Below, piece after piece: positions 47,482-60,040 of a DNA stretch of 64,000 bases. Where the stretch lies: positions 166,100,001-166,164,000 of the forward strand of contig CM059425.1 in assembly GCA_030390025.1 (NCBI GenBank). Reading direction: 5' to 3'. The DNA comes from Squalus acanthias. Its lineage: Eukaryota. The notes under the pieces were generated by a model. That model saw only the letters and a list, made by a program, of their open reading frames with translations, made no database searches and was not told the DNA's origin. The translations under genes and the position numbers were made by a program. Within the stretch, counting starts at the first letter, position 1; every line of letters begins with the position of its first letter.

Positions 47482-50340
47482 GGGGGAAAAATTTGGTTGA
47501 TTAGCACCTCCTGTTAGCATCCTATGAGGGCGCTAATGGGGCGCAGAGCAACTAGCGCCTGGGTGCGACAATGTTTGTGCCACTCGCGAAATTAACCAGA
47601 CATTTTGCGGCGGCGCTAAACACTACCGCCACGATCTCCTGCGCCCACTGATCGTGATGTCAGTCGAGCGTGCAATGCCCCGGACCGGATATTGAGTGGC
47701 GCCCCCACCTTTCCGCCTGCCGCTAGCAACGACAGGTAGAGGGGAACATTTTGCAGTCGGGGAGGGACTGGAGGAGCGCTATTTACAGGCGGCCGTTTTC
47801 TGCATTTTTTTGTCAGGCGACATTTTTGCACCACGCATTCTGAGAGAGAGAGAGAGACTTCTGGAGAGATTCAACGCTGTGTGAAGGAGTTTTGGGTACT
47901 GAGCAGCACTTTGCAGGTTCATTTTGATTTGACCTTCCTTGCATCGATTTAGACGAGACTATGGGGGCTGCACTGATTCGGGGTGTCGTTCTGCACCTGC
48001 AGAATCAGAGGCATCAGAGATGCAGAGATGCAGAGAGAGAGTGGCAAACATGGCCAGAGGGAGGAGGGCCAACAGGACAAACAATTAGAAACAAACACAA
48101 CAAATCATGAATTAACAGAACTGGTTCTCACAAGATGGAGATAAACGCCAAAACAGTAAACAAATGTAGTCGCACGAACCTCGACCTTTACTATAAACAT
48201 TCCCACCATTTATTTAGACCTCCTACTGTTTGCCCTTCGAGGGTGATCTCCATCCCTTGCGCACTTCCCCCCTTCCCACCCTACTGCTCCTCCGTAATGG
48301 GGCCCCAGTGGCTGCAGCAAGACTGGTGGAAGGCTGCTGAATGTCAGATGCAGAGACTACAGATGCCCTTGAAGGACTTCCTCAACCAGATCTGGGCCTG
48401 GAGGCCCCGGCTGTAGACTGCACCAATTCTGCATGGGCGGCAGCAGTCTGGGCTGGCTGTGTTGCAGGCGGTGGCAAGTGCAATGGGGAAGTGACAGTGG
48501 TGGGAGCAGGAATGCTGTCATCCTGAGAGAGGACAGCACCTTCCTGCTCGACCGACACACTGACACTCCCATGGGGCAGTACCTCAGCATCCGGAGCAAT
48601 CTGCTCGAGCACAGATTGCTGGCCTGCTGCGGCACCGTGAGAGCCCCGGGGCAATGTGGCCGACCCAGCGAGGATGGCAGCAGTCAGTGCTTGCGTTACA
48701 TCAATCTGAGACTGCATGAGAGCAGTCTGAGACTGGATGGCAGCAGCCAGTGACTGAATTGCAGCACTAAGCCGTTGCATCGCGTCGGCCTGTGCTGCAG
48801 CAGAATGCTCCACACTCCTTGCCAGTCCATCAATGCTTTCGGGCACCCTTGCCATTGCACCCATGAGCTCAGTGTGCATGCTCAAGGCCTGGCTATTCAT
48901 TTCCGCGATGACGCGCTCCTCCTGTGCGTCCAGTGCAGCAGGACTCGCTTGCCTACTCGCCCTTGGGCTTCCCTACCCCCATGGCATTGCTGCAGCCCGC
49001 TGGGTCCCAGAGCTTCGTCCTCATCAGACCCTACCCCCCTGCTCCCCTCCAGGGAAGGCGTGGTCCCAGTTTGGGCATGGGCTCCCTCGGGAGACGCAGG
49101 CGGTGAGGCTCCGGCTTCCTCTTCCTCCTCGCCTGGGGCGTCGCTGCCACTGGTAGGTTGAGGGACAGGCTGGTCAGCTGGTGGTTCACTATCTGAAAGC
49201 AGGGAGGTACAAGAGTGGCTTTAGCGTCAGGACAGGGGGGCAGTAAGGGAGAAAGGACTGGAGACATTTAGTAAGTTGGATTGAAAGTGTAAAAGGCTGG
49301 TGTTGTGAGGGGCAAGTGGTATGAGAGAGGAGAGAAAGCTGATGAACATACCATTGCTGTCCCCAAGGTCGATCTCTCCAGTGGCCACGGCACCTATGAC
49401 CTGGCTGGCAACGATCCTGTGCATGCGCGCTTCCAAATCACTGAGGGTCTGCAGCTCAGTCGGTCCTCCACCCGTGCATTGCTGCTGGTGCCTGTTATGA
49501 GAGAGCCTGGCCTGCAAGAAAAAGGTCGGCGTCTGAGTGAATGTGCAGCCATGTGCTTGCCTGATGTGCCTCCCATAGTTGAATAGCCCTTAATGTATGC
49601 AAGGTGTGGAATGTGCATGTGTGTTTTATGAGATGGCCATAGGTCTTGGATGAGTGTTGAGCATTTGGGGTTTTTAAACCCTCTGAGCACAGAGTGAAGT
49701 TGAGATGGAGGGATGTAGAGGTATTGAAAAGCAGCCACTCACCCTGACCACCCAAGTGAGGTCGTTGAACTTTTTCCGACATTAGGTGTGGGTCTTGGGC
49801 ACCAGGCTCCTGGAGGAGATGTGCTGAGCCACCTCCCTCCAGACTCTTCTGTATTCATGTGGCAATGGCCTCCTGCCACTCTGTGGGTAGAGTACTGCCC
49901 TTCGCCACTCCACAGCGCCAACCAGAGCCACCAAGGCCCGATTGCTGAAGCGTTGAGCTCTTTCCCTGGGCCTCTCCATTGTTCTTTCCAGCAGAATTGA
50001 TGTACAGGTCTCTCCAGGCCGAGATTCAAGGCTGCGATGAGCAGGGTGTGGCAGGAGAGCAAGATCGCCCCTCCCCTTTAAGAACTGGCCGGCACCAATG
50101 TGTCTGTGTTCCATTGCTAAGTGACATCACCTGAGCTTCGCCAGCGCACTGAGGTAGCAGCTCGCTCCTCGGCTTTAGCGCCTTAAGACAAGTGTGTAGC
50201 GCCTGATTTAGCGCTCAAATCACCTCCAGGGGCGATAGAGGCCAAGTTTGCAGTCGGACGCGATAATTAGCAACTGGCGCTAAACTTTGCGCCCGGCCGA
50301 TAATTGCGCCCCAAATGGGACGATACCGAATTTCTCTCCC
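47482..50340 (-). mobile_element. PIF/Harbinger DNA transposon (2.86 kb) retaining its Myb/SANT gene, nuclease largely deleted
   Basis: TIRs GGGGGAAAAATT / AATTTCTCTCCC with 3-bp flanks tgt/tat. Spliced Myb/SANT-like gene on minus. A probable nuclease start MGAALIRGVVLHLQ on plus at 47961 breaks off after about 110 nt. Confidence 0.88.
48210..49979 (-). pseudogene. Harbinger Myb/SANT-like DNA-binding protein, 3 exons, disabled
   Basis: Exon 1 49979-49743 (MERPRERAQRFS...W.EVA...T*CRKKFNDL; stop at 49782-49784; AGG|GTGAGT). Exon 2 49511-49352 (ARLSHNR...TGGGP; ttgcag| ... G|gtatgt). Exon 3 from 49192 (tttcag|), with a frameshift before the 48382-48900 ORF. Confidence 0.85.
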
Positions 50341-50450
50341 TATGGCTCTGTAATGCCACTGCCTGGCATTCATGCCAAATTGAATTGACTCCCTTGCTCT
50401 AATAAAAATGGTATCAGTCACCTGACAAATGCATAACTAGATGACATAAT

Positions 50451-51192
50451 GGCCCAGAAATTAATGACGGAGCCTTCGTGTGGGGGTAAGGCTTCCCCGA
50501 GATATCTCACTGCGCGCCTGCCTTTTCATTCCGAGCTCGCACGAACTTGATTTTCTAGACAGCAGCTGTGCAGTGCTTCCGTATCCCACAGGTGCAGTTA
50601 ATTCGTGCGAGCTGTGGGATCACGTGATTCAGTTAGAGCCAATGGCAGCACACCATCTTTCATTCATAGTTTTCACAGCAAGTGCTGTGAAAGCTATGAA
50701 TCTATATCCCCTCAAAAGAACAGCTAAACCTCAATTAATTTTTTTTAAAAACCATCACATTAATAAAATAAGTATAGTTAAATAAATTAACCACTTTAAA
50801 CAAAAATTTAAATTTTTGAAAAAATTTAAAATCTTTTAAAAAGTTATAAAAATAAACTTACCTTTCTTTAAAGTCTCTAAAAAAGATATACCTGTTGAAA
50901 AAATTCAAAATAATACTTAATTAACTACTTACCTTGTTAAAAGAGGGTCTTACGCCTCCTTTCTTTATGTGCAAAATCTTCCATGCTTACCTGCGCGTTC
51001 AAAGCACTAAGTGCACTGCGTGCGCGCAGCCTGTAGCGCGCACGCGGTTCACCTAGGAACCGCCCCCTTTTGAAATCACCAAGTGCCGGTTTTCAGCGCA
51101 TGCGCAGTGCATGCAGAAAACCGGCAATTGGAGACAGAATACACGAGAGTACACAGTGCGTACTCTCGCGTAGAGACACTAATTTTTGGGCC
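50451..51192. mobile_element. Harbinger-type MITE
   Basis: TIRs GGCCCAGAAATTA / TAATTTTTGGGCC. CpG-rich subterminal arms around an AT-rich core. Confidence 0.8.
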
Positions 51193-51362
51193 CATGTATT
51201 ATTACACAAGTCCCCTGTGGCCGCTTGAACTGAACTGATGGTGTAAAGGTTGAGTGTTGTGGTTACTATTACTGCTACAGGCATCTACAATCAGATTGAG
51301 GTTAAAATTGGTATGCATTGCGCCCGTTTTTCAGTTGTAAAAGAGGCACAACAGTGACCTGT

Positions 51363-52392
51363 GAAGGTCAATCATCACAGCCCCAGGACATTGCTGCAGG
51401 AGTTCCTCAGGGCAGTGTCCTCGGCCCAACCATCTTCAGCTGCTTCATCAATGACCTTCCCTCCAACATAAGGTCAGAAATGGGGATGTTCGCTGATGAC
51501 TGCACAGTGTTCAGTGCCATTCACTACTCCTCAGATAATGAAGCAGTCCATGCCCGCATGCAACAAGACCTGGATGACGTTCAGGCTTGGGCTGATAAGT
51601 GGCAGGTAACATTCATGCCACACAAGCGCCAGGCAATGACTATCTCCAACAAGTGAGAGTCTAACCACCGCCCCTTGATATTCAATAGCATTACCATCGC
51701 CGAATCCCCCACCATCAACATCCTGGGGGTCACCATTGACCAAAAGCTTAACTGGACCAGCCACATAAATAATGTGGCAACAAGATCAGGTCAGAGGCTA
51801 GGTATTTTGCGGCGAGTGTCTCACCTCCTGACTCCCCAACGCCTTTCTACCATCTACAAGGCACAAGTAAGGAGTGTGATGGAATACTCTCCACTTGCCT
51901 GGATGAGTGCAGCTCCAACAACACTCAAGAAGCTCGACACCATCCAGGACAAAGCAGCCTGCTTGATTGGTACCCCATCTACCGCCTTAAACATTCACTC
52001 CCTCCACCACCGGCGTACCGTGGCTGCAGTGTGTACCATCTACAAGATGCACTGCAGCAACTCGCCAAGGCTTCTTCAGCAGCACCTCCCAAACCCGTGA
52101 CCTCTTCCACCTAGAAGGACAAGGGCAGCAGACGCATGGGAACACCACCACCTCCAAGTTCCCCTCCAAGTCACACACCATCCTGACTTAGAAGTATATC
52201 GCCAATCCTTCATCGTCGCTTGGTCAAAATCCTGGAACTCCCTCCCTAACAGCACTGTGGGAGTACCTTCACAACACGGACTGCAGCGGTTCAAGAAGGT
52301 GGCTCACCACCACCTTCTCAAGGGCAATTAGGTATGGGCAATAAATGCTGGCCTCGCCAGCGACGCCCACATCCCATAAATGAATAAAAAAA
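51363..52392 (+). mobile_element. CR1-supergroup (Zenon-like) LINE, 5'-truncated
   Basis: [42 protein letters not shown]. Tail cccacatcccataaatgaataaaaaa. Clade name tentative. Confidence 0.85.
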
Positions 52393-55300
52393 GAAGTCAA
52401 AAATTTTTGACAGATGTAACATCATACGTTGACATTCTCTGCAACCGGCTTTCCCTTAATTGGCCTGCTAAGCCCGCTGGGCGGGCTTAACAAGGTCAAT
52501 CAAGGGAAAATAGCGTGGGTTGGCCAGAAGTCGATGGAGGCGGGACTAAAACCCGACAAGTGGGAGTCCCGCCTCCAAAAGCTCCCCATTGGCAAAATCA
52601 CCCCCTTTGTTTCAAATTGTTCATCTTATTAAAAGTTATACTGCACATTTATAACGAAATGCATCCTCAATATCTAATACTCTCTTCTCTACTTCAAATA
52701 GGAGCAAGTTATTTCATTTGGTGTCGATTACCTATTGCATTTTCCATCAACATTTCTAGGTGATAATTTCCTGATTTATTGGATTTAATTCAAATCTGAG
52801 TCCATCAACTTTCAGAAGAACGAAGAGGTTGGCTGTGGCCGTCTGTCTTGTACTTTTTTGATATTTAAAGAATTAATTTTTTTACGTCATAATATTCCAA
52901 CCAAATGCTCTCCAATTAAAAAGGATCATAACCACAGTCATTTTTAAGCCAAACTAAATTAGACAGGTCGCATCAGCTGAAGACTGTATATCATTCCTGT
53001 TTATTTAGTTCTCCTTTGATAATCACTAATCAATAGATTTCAATAGAGTCTCATAAGCGTTTTTCACCCATGGGACCCATTGTCCTTAAATAATACAATT
53101 TCACACGGGAGACCAAAATAAGCAACATCCACTTCAGCTTATTTGTACACACTGAAGAGGGTCTTTATTTGCACTCATTAGCACATGAAGTCAGTTTGGT
53201 ATGATTCAGTTGGGACTCTCTAATTCATCACCTCTCAGCCTCAGGGTAATTAATGGAGCATTTTTGCTCCCTATCACTGTTGTTCACCTTACTGATTTCA
53301 GAATCAGTTCCTGAATCATTTCCTTTTCTCTGGTGGCACAACCACTGGGGAACAATGTGGATGAGGGGGCATATCTCCCCAAATATTTTTGGTGTTTTGA
53401 ATACATAGCTCTCCCCCGCCACACTCCATAATTGCCCTTGAAGTCCCACCCTGCAATTTTTTATACGGTTGCATCTCTGGCTTTTCTTAGATCCCTTTTC
53501 CTTATACTTCATTTCATTGCACAATTTTAGATTTTTTTTCACTGTCTCTCCTTAGGATTGAATAAGGTAGCAATTCCATCAGTCCATAATAACCTTAATT
53601 TCACCTGGCTCACAGGTGATCTAACACGAAGCCTCAGGTACATATTTCCTCAGAAAGTAAATTCAAATCTGTTTAAAATCTATTATTTCAATGATCTCCA
53701 TATATTATTTTGTCAGCTGAATTTGTAGCCCTAGTAGGTTTTTTTGTCTTTTAACCTCTAAACCCATTCCATTAATTATCCCAAATTCAGAATTCCAGGC
53801 AGGCCCCAGCCTATGGCCTCCGAGCAGCCACTGGACCATGAATTATTGACAAAGTTGAAGCAAAGCTCGCACTGACCAAAATATTGTTGAAATCCTTGTG
53901 CACATGACCTGTTAATGCTATAATTGCTGTAACTACTGTTCACCCATGTGCACGTATTGCATTGTACTCCATCCTCAAGCTCCTTTGCCTCTCTATTTAC
54001 AGCCTTTCTGTCCCACTTTGCTCTCCTGACTCATCTTCCCTTTTTCTCCCTGACCACGACCTCTCAAACTCTCCTTGCCCTCCCTGATGCACTGCACCAT
54101 GTCACTCTCCTACCACATCCATTTTTACACCCCCAGTTGAACTCCCTGAACATTTCCCAGTTTCTTGTCTCTTGTAGACAGGCTTACACCTTCCTCTGCT
54201 CCAACTGAACATCCTTTGCCTTGCACATACTATAGGGGCTATTTTATGACTTCAAGCCTCCAATGGGGAGCCTTGCTAGCCAGTAGTGTATATCGATAAT
54301 TTGGGTATGCACGGTGCACAGTTTTCCAACAATTCATTTAAATGTTGGAAAATCATATGCAGCATATGCCCATTTTTTAAAATAAATGCTACTGGCAGGT
54401 GAGGCTCCCTCTATGCCCCTGTGATTTCTCTCCCCTCCCCCTCCCCTTACAAATCTCCAATTGCCTGTCCTCTATAAATCACACTACAAAATTTTCACTC
54501 TTTCATGAGCTAGGCTCTCCCATCCACAACTTCATCCTGGATGAGCTGTTTGATATCCTGCCTGACTAAAATCTGGTTCACTAATCACAATTCCTTCTCG
54601 TCACCAAACTTCACATTTCATTATGCGTGGCAGTGTGGTACTCATCTCTCGGTATCACATATCCTTATACTTCTCCAAATCTTTTCTCATCTTACTTTCT
54701 ACTTCTGTTTTCACCTTTCCTTGAAGATCCTATAGTTTTACAACAGCTTCCTTATCAAAATCTCCTTTCCCCGTTTTGATTAAGTCTCTTCACTAACTTT
54801 CACCTAAAATGACCCTGCCCCATCTCCTCTGATTTCTCTATCCTGCTCATCTCCATTGATATCACCTTCCATATGAACTTCCCTCACCAAAACATGTCTC
54901 AACCTTCTCACCACATGAGACATTGCCATCTTGATGGTTTCTATCATTGAAGGATCATTTCAGATCAATTCTTCATCTCTTTCCTCTTGCACTTTCCCTG
55001 CCCCTAATCCCTCCACCATCTTGTTCAATCTACCTTCTTATAACCTCACACGTTGCTTCTCTAATCACTAGCTAGTCAACTCACTCTTCTCTGGCTTGCC
55101 ACCTGCACCAACACTGACACTGCCATTCATCAGTTCCACAAATCCCTTGCCTCCACCTTCGCCAGATCCTGTCTGGTCTCCAACCCCATTCCCTCTATAC
55201 AACAGCAACCCTCATGGACTCAAGTCCATGGGCTGTAGATTAGAGTGGCTGTAGCATACAATTGGCGAAGCAACCCACCAAGAGATCCGATTTGACTACT

Positions 55301-56569
55301 GGAAATACTACCACTGTTCAAGATCAGTTAATTCAGGATTGCAAACTACTGTTCTTTACCATAAAAAACGACATTAACCTTCCTCTCCCACACACACTTT
55401 ACTTTCACCTAGATACTACGAACATATGAACACACGAACACTGACGGTCAGGTAAAGACCCTCTGGTCCATCGAGCCTGTCCCACACAATCGCGATGCCT
55501 TGTGTATCACAATATATACTCCCCACCCCACCCAAAACCATGTGATCTCCTGGGAGAGGCAAAAAAATCAGGTAAAAAAATCAGGCCAATTTGGGGAAAA
55601 AAATCTGGGTTAATTACTCTCTGACCCATCTAGGCGATCAAAACTAGTCCAGGAGATCACTCTATCCCTGAATTCCCTGCAGTACCTACCTCCTGTAAGA
55701 GGTGATCTCCGCCCCAGCCAGAAACAGGTCCAGCTCTCGCTTGAAGGAATTGTGTGAATTAGCATCCACTGCACAAAACAGCAGCCTGTTCCAGAGGTCC
55801 ACAATTCTCTGGGAAAAGAACCATCTCCTGACATCTAACCTAGATCTAGCCTTATATAACTTAAATTGTGACCCCTGGTCCTACCAAATCTATTTAATTG
55901 GAACAAACTGTCAGCTGGAACACAATCTATTCCCTCCATTATCTTGTAAACCTCAATCAGATCGCAGCAAATTCTACATTTCTTTAAGGTCTGGAGTCCC
56001 AACTCTTTTAGCCTATCTTGATAACTAAGATGCTTTAGACTGGGAATTAGTCTAGTGGCCCACCTCTGCACCCTTTCCAAAGCCTCAATATCACCCACCA
56101 CGTAAGGAGACCAAAACTGGACACAGTATTCCAAGTGCAGCCTGACTAAGGTCTTGCACAAGGACAAAACAGAATGCCTTGTCTTATACTCAATTGTCCT
56201 ATGGATACACACCAACACCCTATTTGCTCCTGCTATCGCTTCACGGCATTGCTCATGTACCTTTAAAGATGTATGCACTAGAATGCCCAAATCTCTTTCT
56301 ATCTCTGCCTTTTTTAATGCTTTTCCTTGAAGGGTGTATGAATGTTGAACATTTACCCAACCAACATGCATAAAACTGCACTTATCTAAGTTATACATCA
56401 TTTGCCAGTCACGGGCCCAAACTCCAAACACATTAAGATCCACCTGAAGCAGACAAGCGTCGTCTACAGTCCTAATACTCGCACAGATCTTGGTATCATC
56501 TGCAAATCTGGAGATCATGCCCCCAACACCTACATCCAGATCATTAAAAAAAATAGTAAAGAGCAACAA

Positions 56570-58103
56570 AAGAACATAAGAACATAAGAAATAGGAGCAG
56601 GAGTAGGCCATTTGACCCCTCGAACCTACTCTGCCATTCAATAAGATCATGGCTGATCTTCGACCTCAACTCCACTTTCCTGCACTATCCACATATCCCT
56701 CGATTCCCTTAAATCCAAAAATCTATCGATCTCTGTCTTGAGTATACTCAATGCCTGAGCCTCCACAGCCCTCTGGGGTAGAGAATTCCAAAGATTCACC
56801 ACCCTCTGAATGAGGAAATTTCTCCTCATCTCAGTTCTGAATGGCTGACCCCTTATTCTGAGACTGTGACCCCTGGTTCTAGACTCCCCAGCCAGGGGAA
56901 ACATCCTCCCTGCATCTACCCTGTCGAGACCTGTAAGAATTTTGTATGTTTCAATGAGATCACCTCTCATTCTTCTAAACTCGAGAGAATATAGGCCTAG
57001 TCTACTCAATCTCTCCTCATAGGTCAATCCCCCCATCCCAGGAACCAGTCTGGTGAACCTTCGTTGCACTCCCTCTATGGCAAGTATATCCTTCCTTAGG
57101 TAAGGAGACCAAAACTGTACACAATACTCCAGGTGTGGTCTCACCAAGGCCCTATATAATTGTAGTAAGACGTCTTTACTCTTATACTCAAATCCTCTTG
57201 TAATAAAGGCCAACATACCATTTGCTTTCTTAATTGCTTGCTGTACCTGCATGTTAACTTTCAGTGATTCATGTACAAGGACACCCAGATCCCTCTGAAC
57301 ACCAACATTTCCCAATCGGCTTTCCTGCTTTCTGTGCTGGTGAGATTTCTAACTCCCGAGAACTGAAGGGCTGACACCTGCAGGAGGAAGTTAAGGTAAG
57401 TAAAACTTTTTTCAACATTTAGCACTTACCTTACACACTTACCTCTGCACACATGCACCCATCACTCACCTGCCCACCGGACATATCGACCCCTCCAACC
57501 CCTGCAGACCCACGGCCCGACCCAATAACTTGGAGTGGTTGCCACCTGTTGGGAAGCCCACACTTTTCCTTTTAAAATAGGGATTATGCAAAAAACTGCC
57601 TGTTAACTACCTGTTAACAGGCAGTTAATTGTCACTAATCCCTTCCCGCCTCGGGGAGTCGGGTCTCAGACCAGATCGGATACCCGCCGCCAGAGAAACT
57701 GGCATGGAGGCGGGATGGGGTCGGGACCCGCGAATCTGCAACTTTAACCCTCCCCCCCCCTGACTCCAAACCCGACTCCACGGGTCATTGAAAATCCAGC
57801 CCAAAGTATTTGTTTAATTTCTCTGCCATTTCCTTATTCCCCATTATAATTTCTCCTGTCTCAGCCTGTAAGAGACCCACATTTACTTTTGCTAATCTTT
57901 TCTTTTTTACAGAGAAGCTTTTACAGTCTGTTTTTATGTCTCTCGCTAGTTTACTCTCATATTCTATTTTCCCTTTCTTTATCAATTTCTTGGTCCTCGT
58001 TTGTTGAATTCTAAAATGCTTCCAATCCTTAGGCTTACTACTCTTTTTGGCAACATTATAATCTAATACTATCTTTAACTTCTCTTGTTAGCCACGGTTG
58101 GAC
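56570..58103 (-). mobile_element. CR1 LINE (inner) with internal deletion at a MITE
   Basis: Tail agaacataagaacataag, a 222-aa RT C-terminus at 56647-57315, and the upstream piece MGNKEMAEKLNKYF at 57802-58100. Confidence 0.92.
57318..57802. mobile_element. Harbinger-type MITE (left end missing) inside the inner CR1
   Basis: Right terminus aaaatccagccc; subterminal GC-rich blocks like 6800-6958. Confidence 0.7.
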
Positions 58104-59860
58104 ATCACTGGTGACCGGTCTCCAAACAGATCCAAATCCATGTATAACTACCTTTTGCCTACGTCCTGCCAGTCAGTTCTCAATCCAGCTCAATATATTA
58201 CTACCAATACCAAAGGCTTCGATCTTATAGAGAAGCCTCTTGTGCGGTACCTTATCAAAAGCTTTTTGGAAGTCGAAGTGGACAATGTCTACTGGACTTC
58301 CCTCATCCACCAACTTTGTAACTTCTTCAAAAAATACAATTAGATTTGTGACATGACCTCCTTTTTATTAAGCCATGTTGGGTGTCCTTAATATGTCCCT
58401 CCAAGCATTCATATATTGCATCCCTAATGATTCGCTCAAGCATCTTACCTATTACTGATGTTAAACTAATGCGCCTATAGTTACCCGGGTCCATCTTGTC
58501 ATCTTTTTTAAAGATGGGGACTACATTCGCCTCCTTCCAGTCTATAGGAACCATTCCAGAGTGCAGTGAGCTATTAAAAATGCAGGCTAGAGGCTTGCAC
58601 AGCACATGCCCCATCTCCCTGAGGACCCTCGGGTGGATATCGTCTGGCCTGGCTGCTCTATCTATTTTCAAGTTCTTAATTCTTTCTGAAACAATATGTT
58701 CATCTATGTTAATACTAGTTTTGTTAGTAACATTATTAAATTCTAATAGTTGAGCATCATCTTCAAGGGTGAAGACCGATGCAAAGTATTCATTTAATAT
58801 TTCCACCATAACCAGTGAGTCCTTTGTAACCTGTCATTGAACATCCTTCAATGACCCAATACAGTCTTTGATAGTTCTCTGACTTTTCACATAACTGAAA
58901 AAGTTTTTCCCATTCCTTCCACAGTTGACTACGATCCTTTTTTCCATTAGCCTTTTTGCTGATCTAATAGCAGCCTTCATTTTCTTTAGTTGTTTCTATG
59001 TTTCCTTGTACTCAACTCTGTTTAGTTGAGTATTAAATGCCTTTAATTTATAGAAACATTTCTGTTTACATCTTATTCGTCTTTGTACATAACCAGTCAG
59101 TCACGTGGCTTATTCTCACCCCTTTTCTTACTACTAAGTGAGGAGCTCACAGACATATTAGTTTCTAAAATTGTGACCATCTGCATGGCTACCTCTGGCA
59201 CCTCTGCTCTCCCTTTTCCCTTGCCTCTCTTCCTCCCAGCTCTCCCCTCAATTCAACCCACCCTATATACACTGTGGCTTCTTTTCCATCTAATTTCTTC
59301 TATGAAGCCCACCACCTGCTCCATCAATCACATTGTGACTCTGCTTCTATCCACTCAACTACTTCTCTTGGCCCCGCAAATGCAGACATTTTCAAACTCT
59401 TCTTATTCTCTGACACTGTCCCTAGATATTTCAAAATTTCTGCCCACTCCCTTTTCTTAAAAAGCCAGCCTTGACTATTTCATTTTGTCTAAATATTGAG
59501 TTAACTCCAACCTACTCTTTCTTTCCAAAGTCTTTGAACACGTAATTATTCCTAGCTACACTGTCAATTTCCCCCCCATTTTCTGCTCAAGTTATTCTTA
59601 TCAATTTTCCGCATCACTTAAGCACTGATACCACCCTGGTCAAATTCAACAGTGACACTGTGACCATAACTTACTGTCCCTCTTTGATCCCTCTGTCACC
59701 TTTTTTACTGTTGACCACTCTATTCTCCTCTAGTACCTATGCTCTGCATTTAATCTTCAATCATATCTGCCCCAACACAATCACTACAGCGACTCAAGTG
59801 GCTTCTTTATCTGTGGCCACAAAGTCACTCCTGGTTTGTCCAGAGCTGTATCCTTAGTTT

Positions 59861-60040
59861 CCTCATATTCATCATTTACATGCTATCCTTTGGTGATGTC
59901 CCCTCATATTCATCATTTACATGCTATCCTTTGGTGATGTCCCCTCATATTCATCATTTACATGCTATCCTTTGGTGATGTCCCCTCATATTCATCATTT
60001 ACATGCTATCCTTTGGTGATGTCCCCTCATATTCATCATT
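59861..60040. repeat. Perfect 41-bp minisatellite, 4 copies + 16 nt
   Basis: CCTCATATTCATCATTTACATGCTATCCTTTGGTGATGTCC starts at 59861, 59902, 59943, 59984 and (partial) 60025. Confidence 0.95.

Larger units (their letters stand above)
55415..59085 (-). mobile_element. CR1 LINE (outer), split by a second CR1
   Basis: ARPDDIHPRVL, NYRRISLTS at 58327-58809; FADD, RDLGILV, LVRLHLEYCVQFW at 55835-56570. Tail cgaacatatgaaca near 55420. Confidence 0.9.

Noticed and set aside
59861..60040. CRISPR-like direct repeats (also 5125-5254)
   Set aside because: Head-to-tail identical units with no spacers, no cas genes, and vertebrate DNA.
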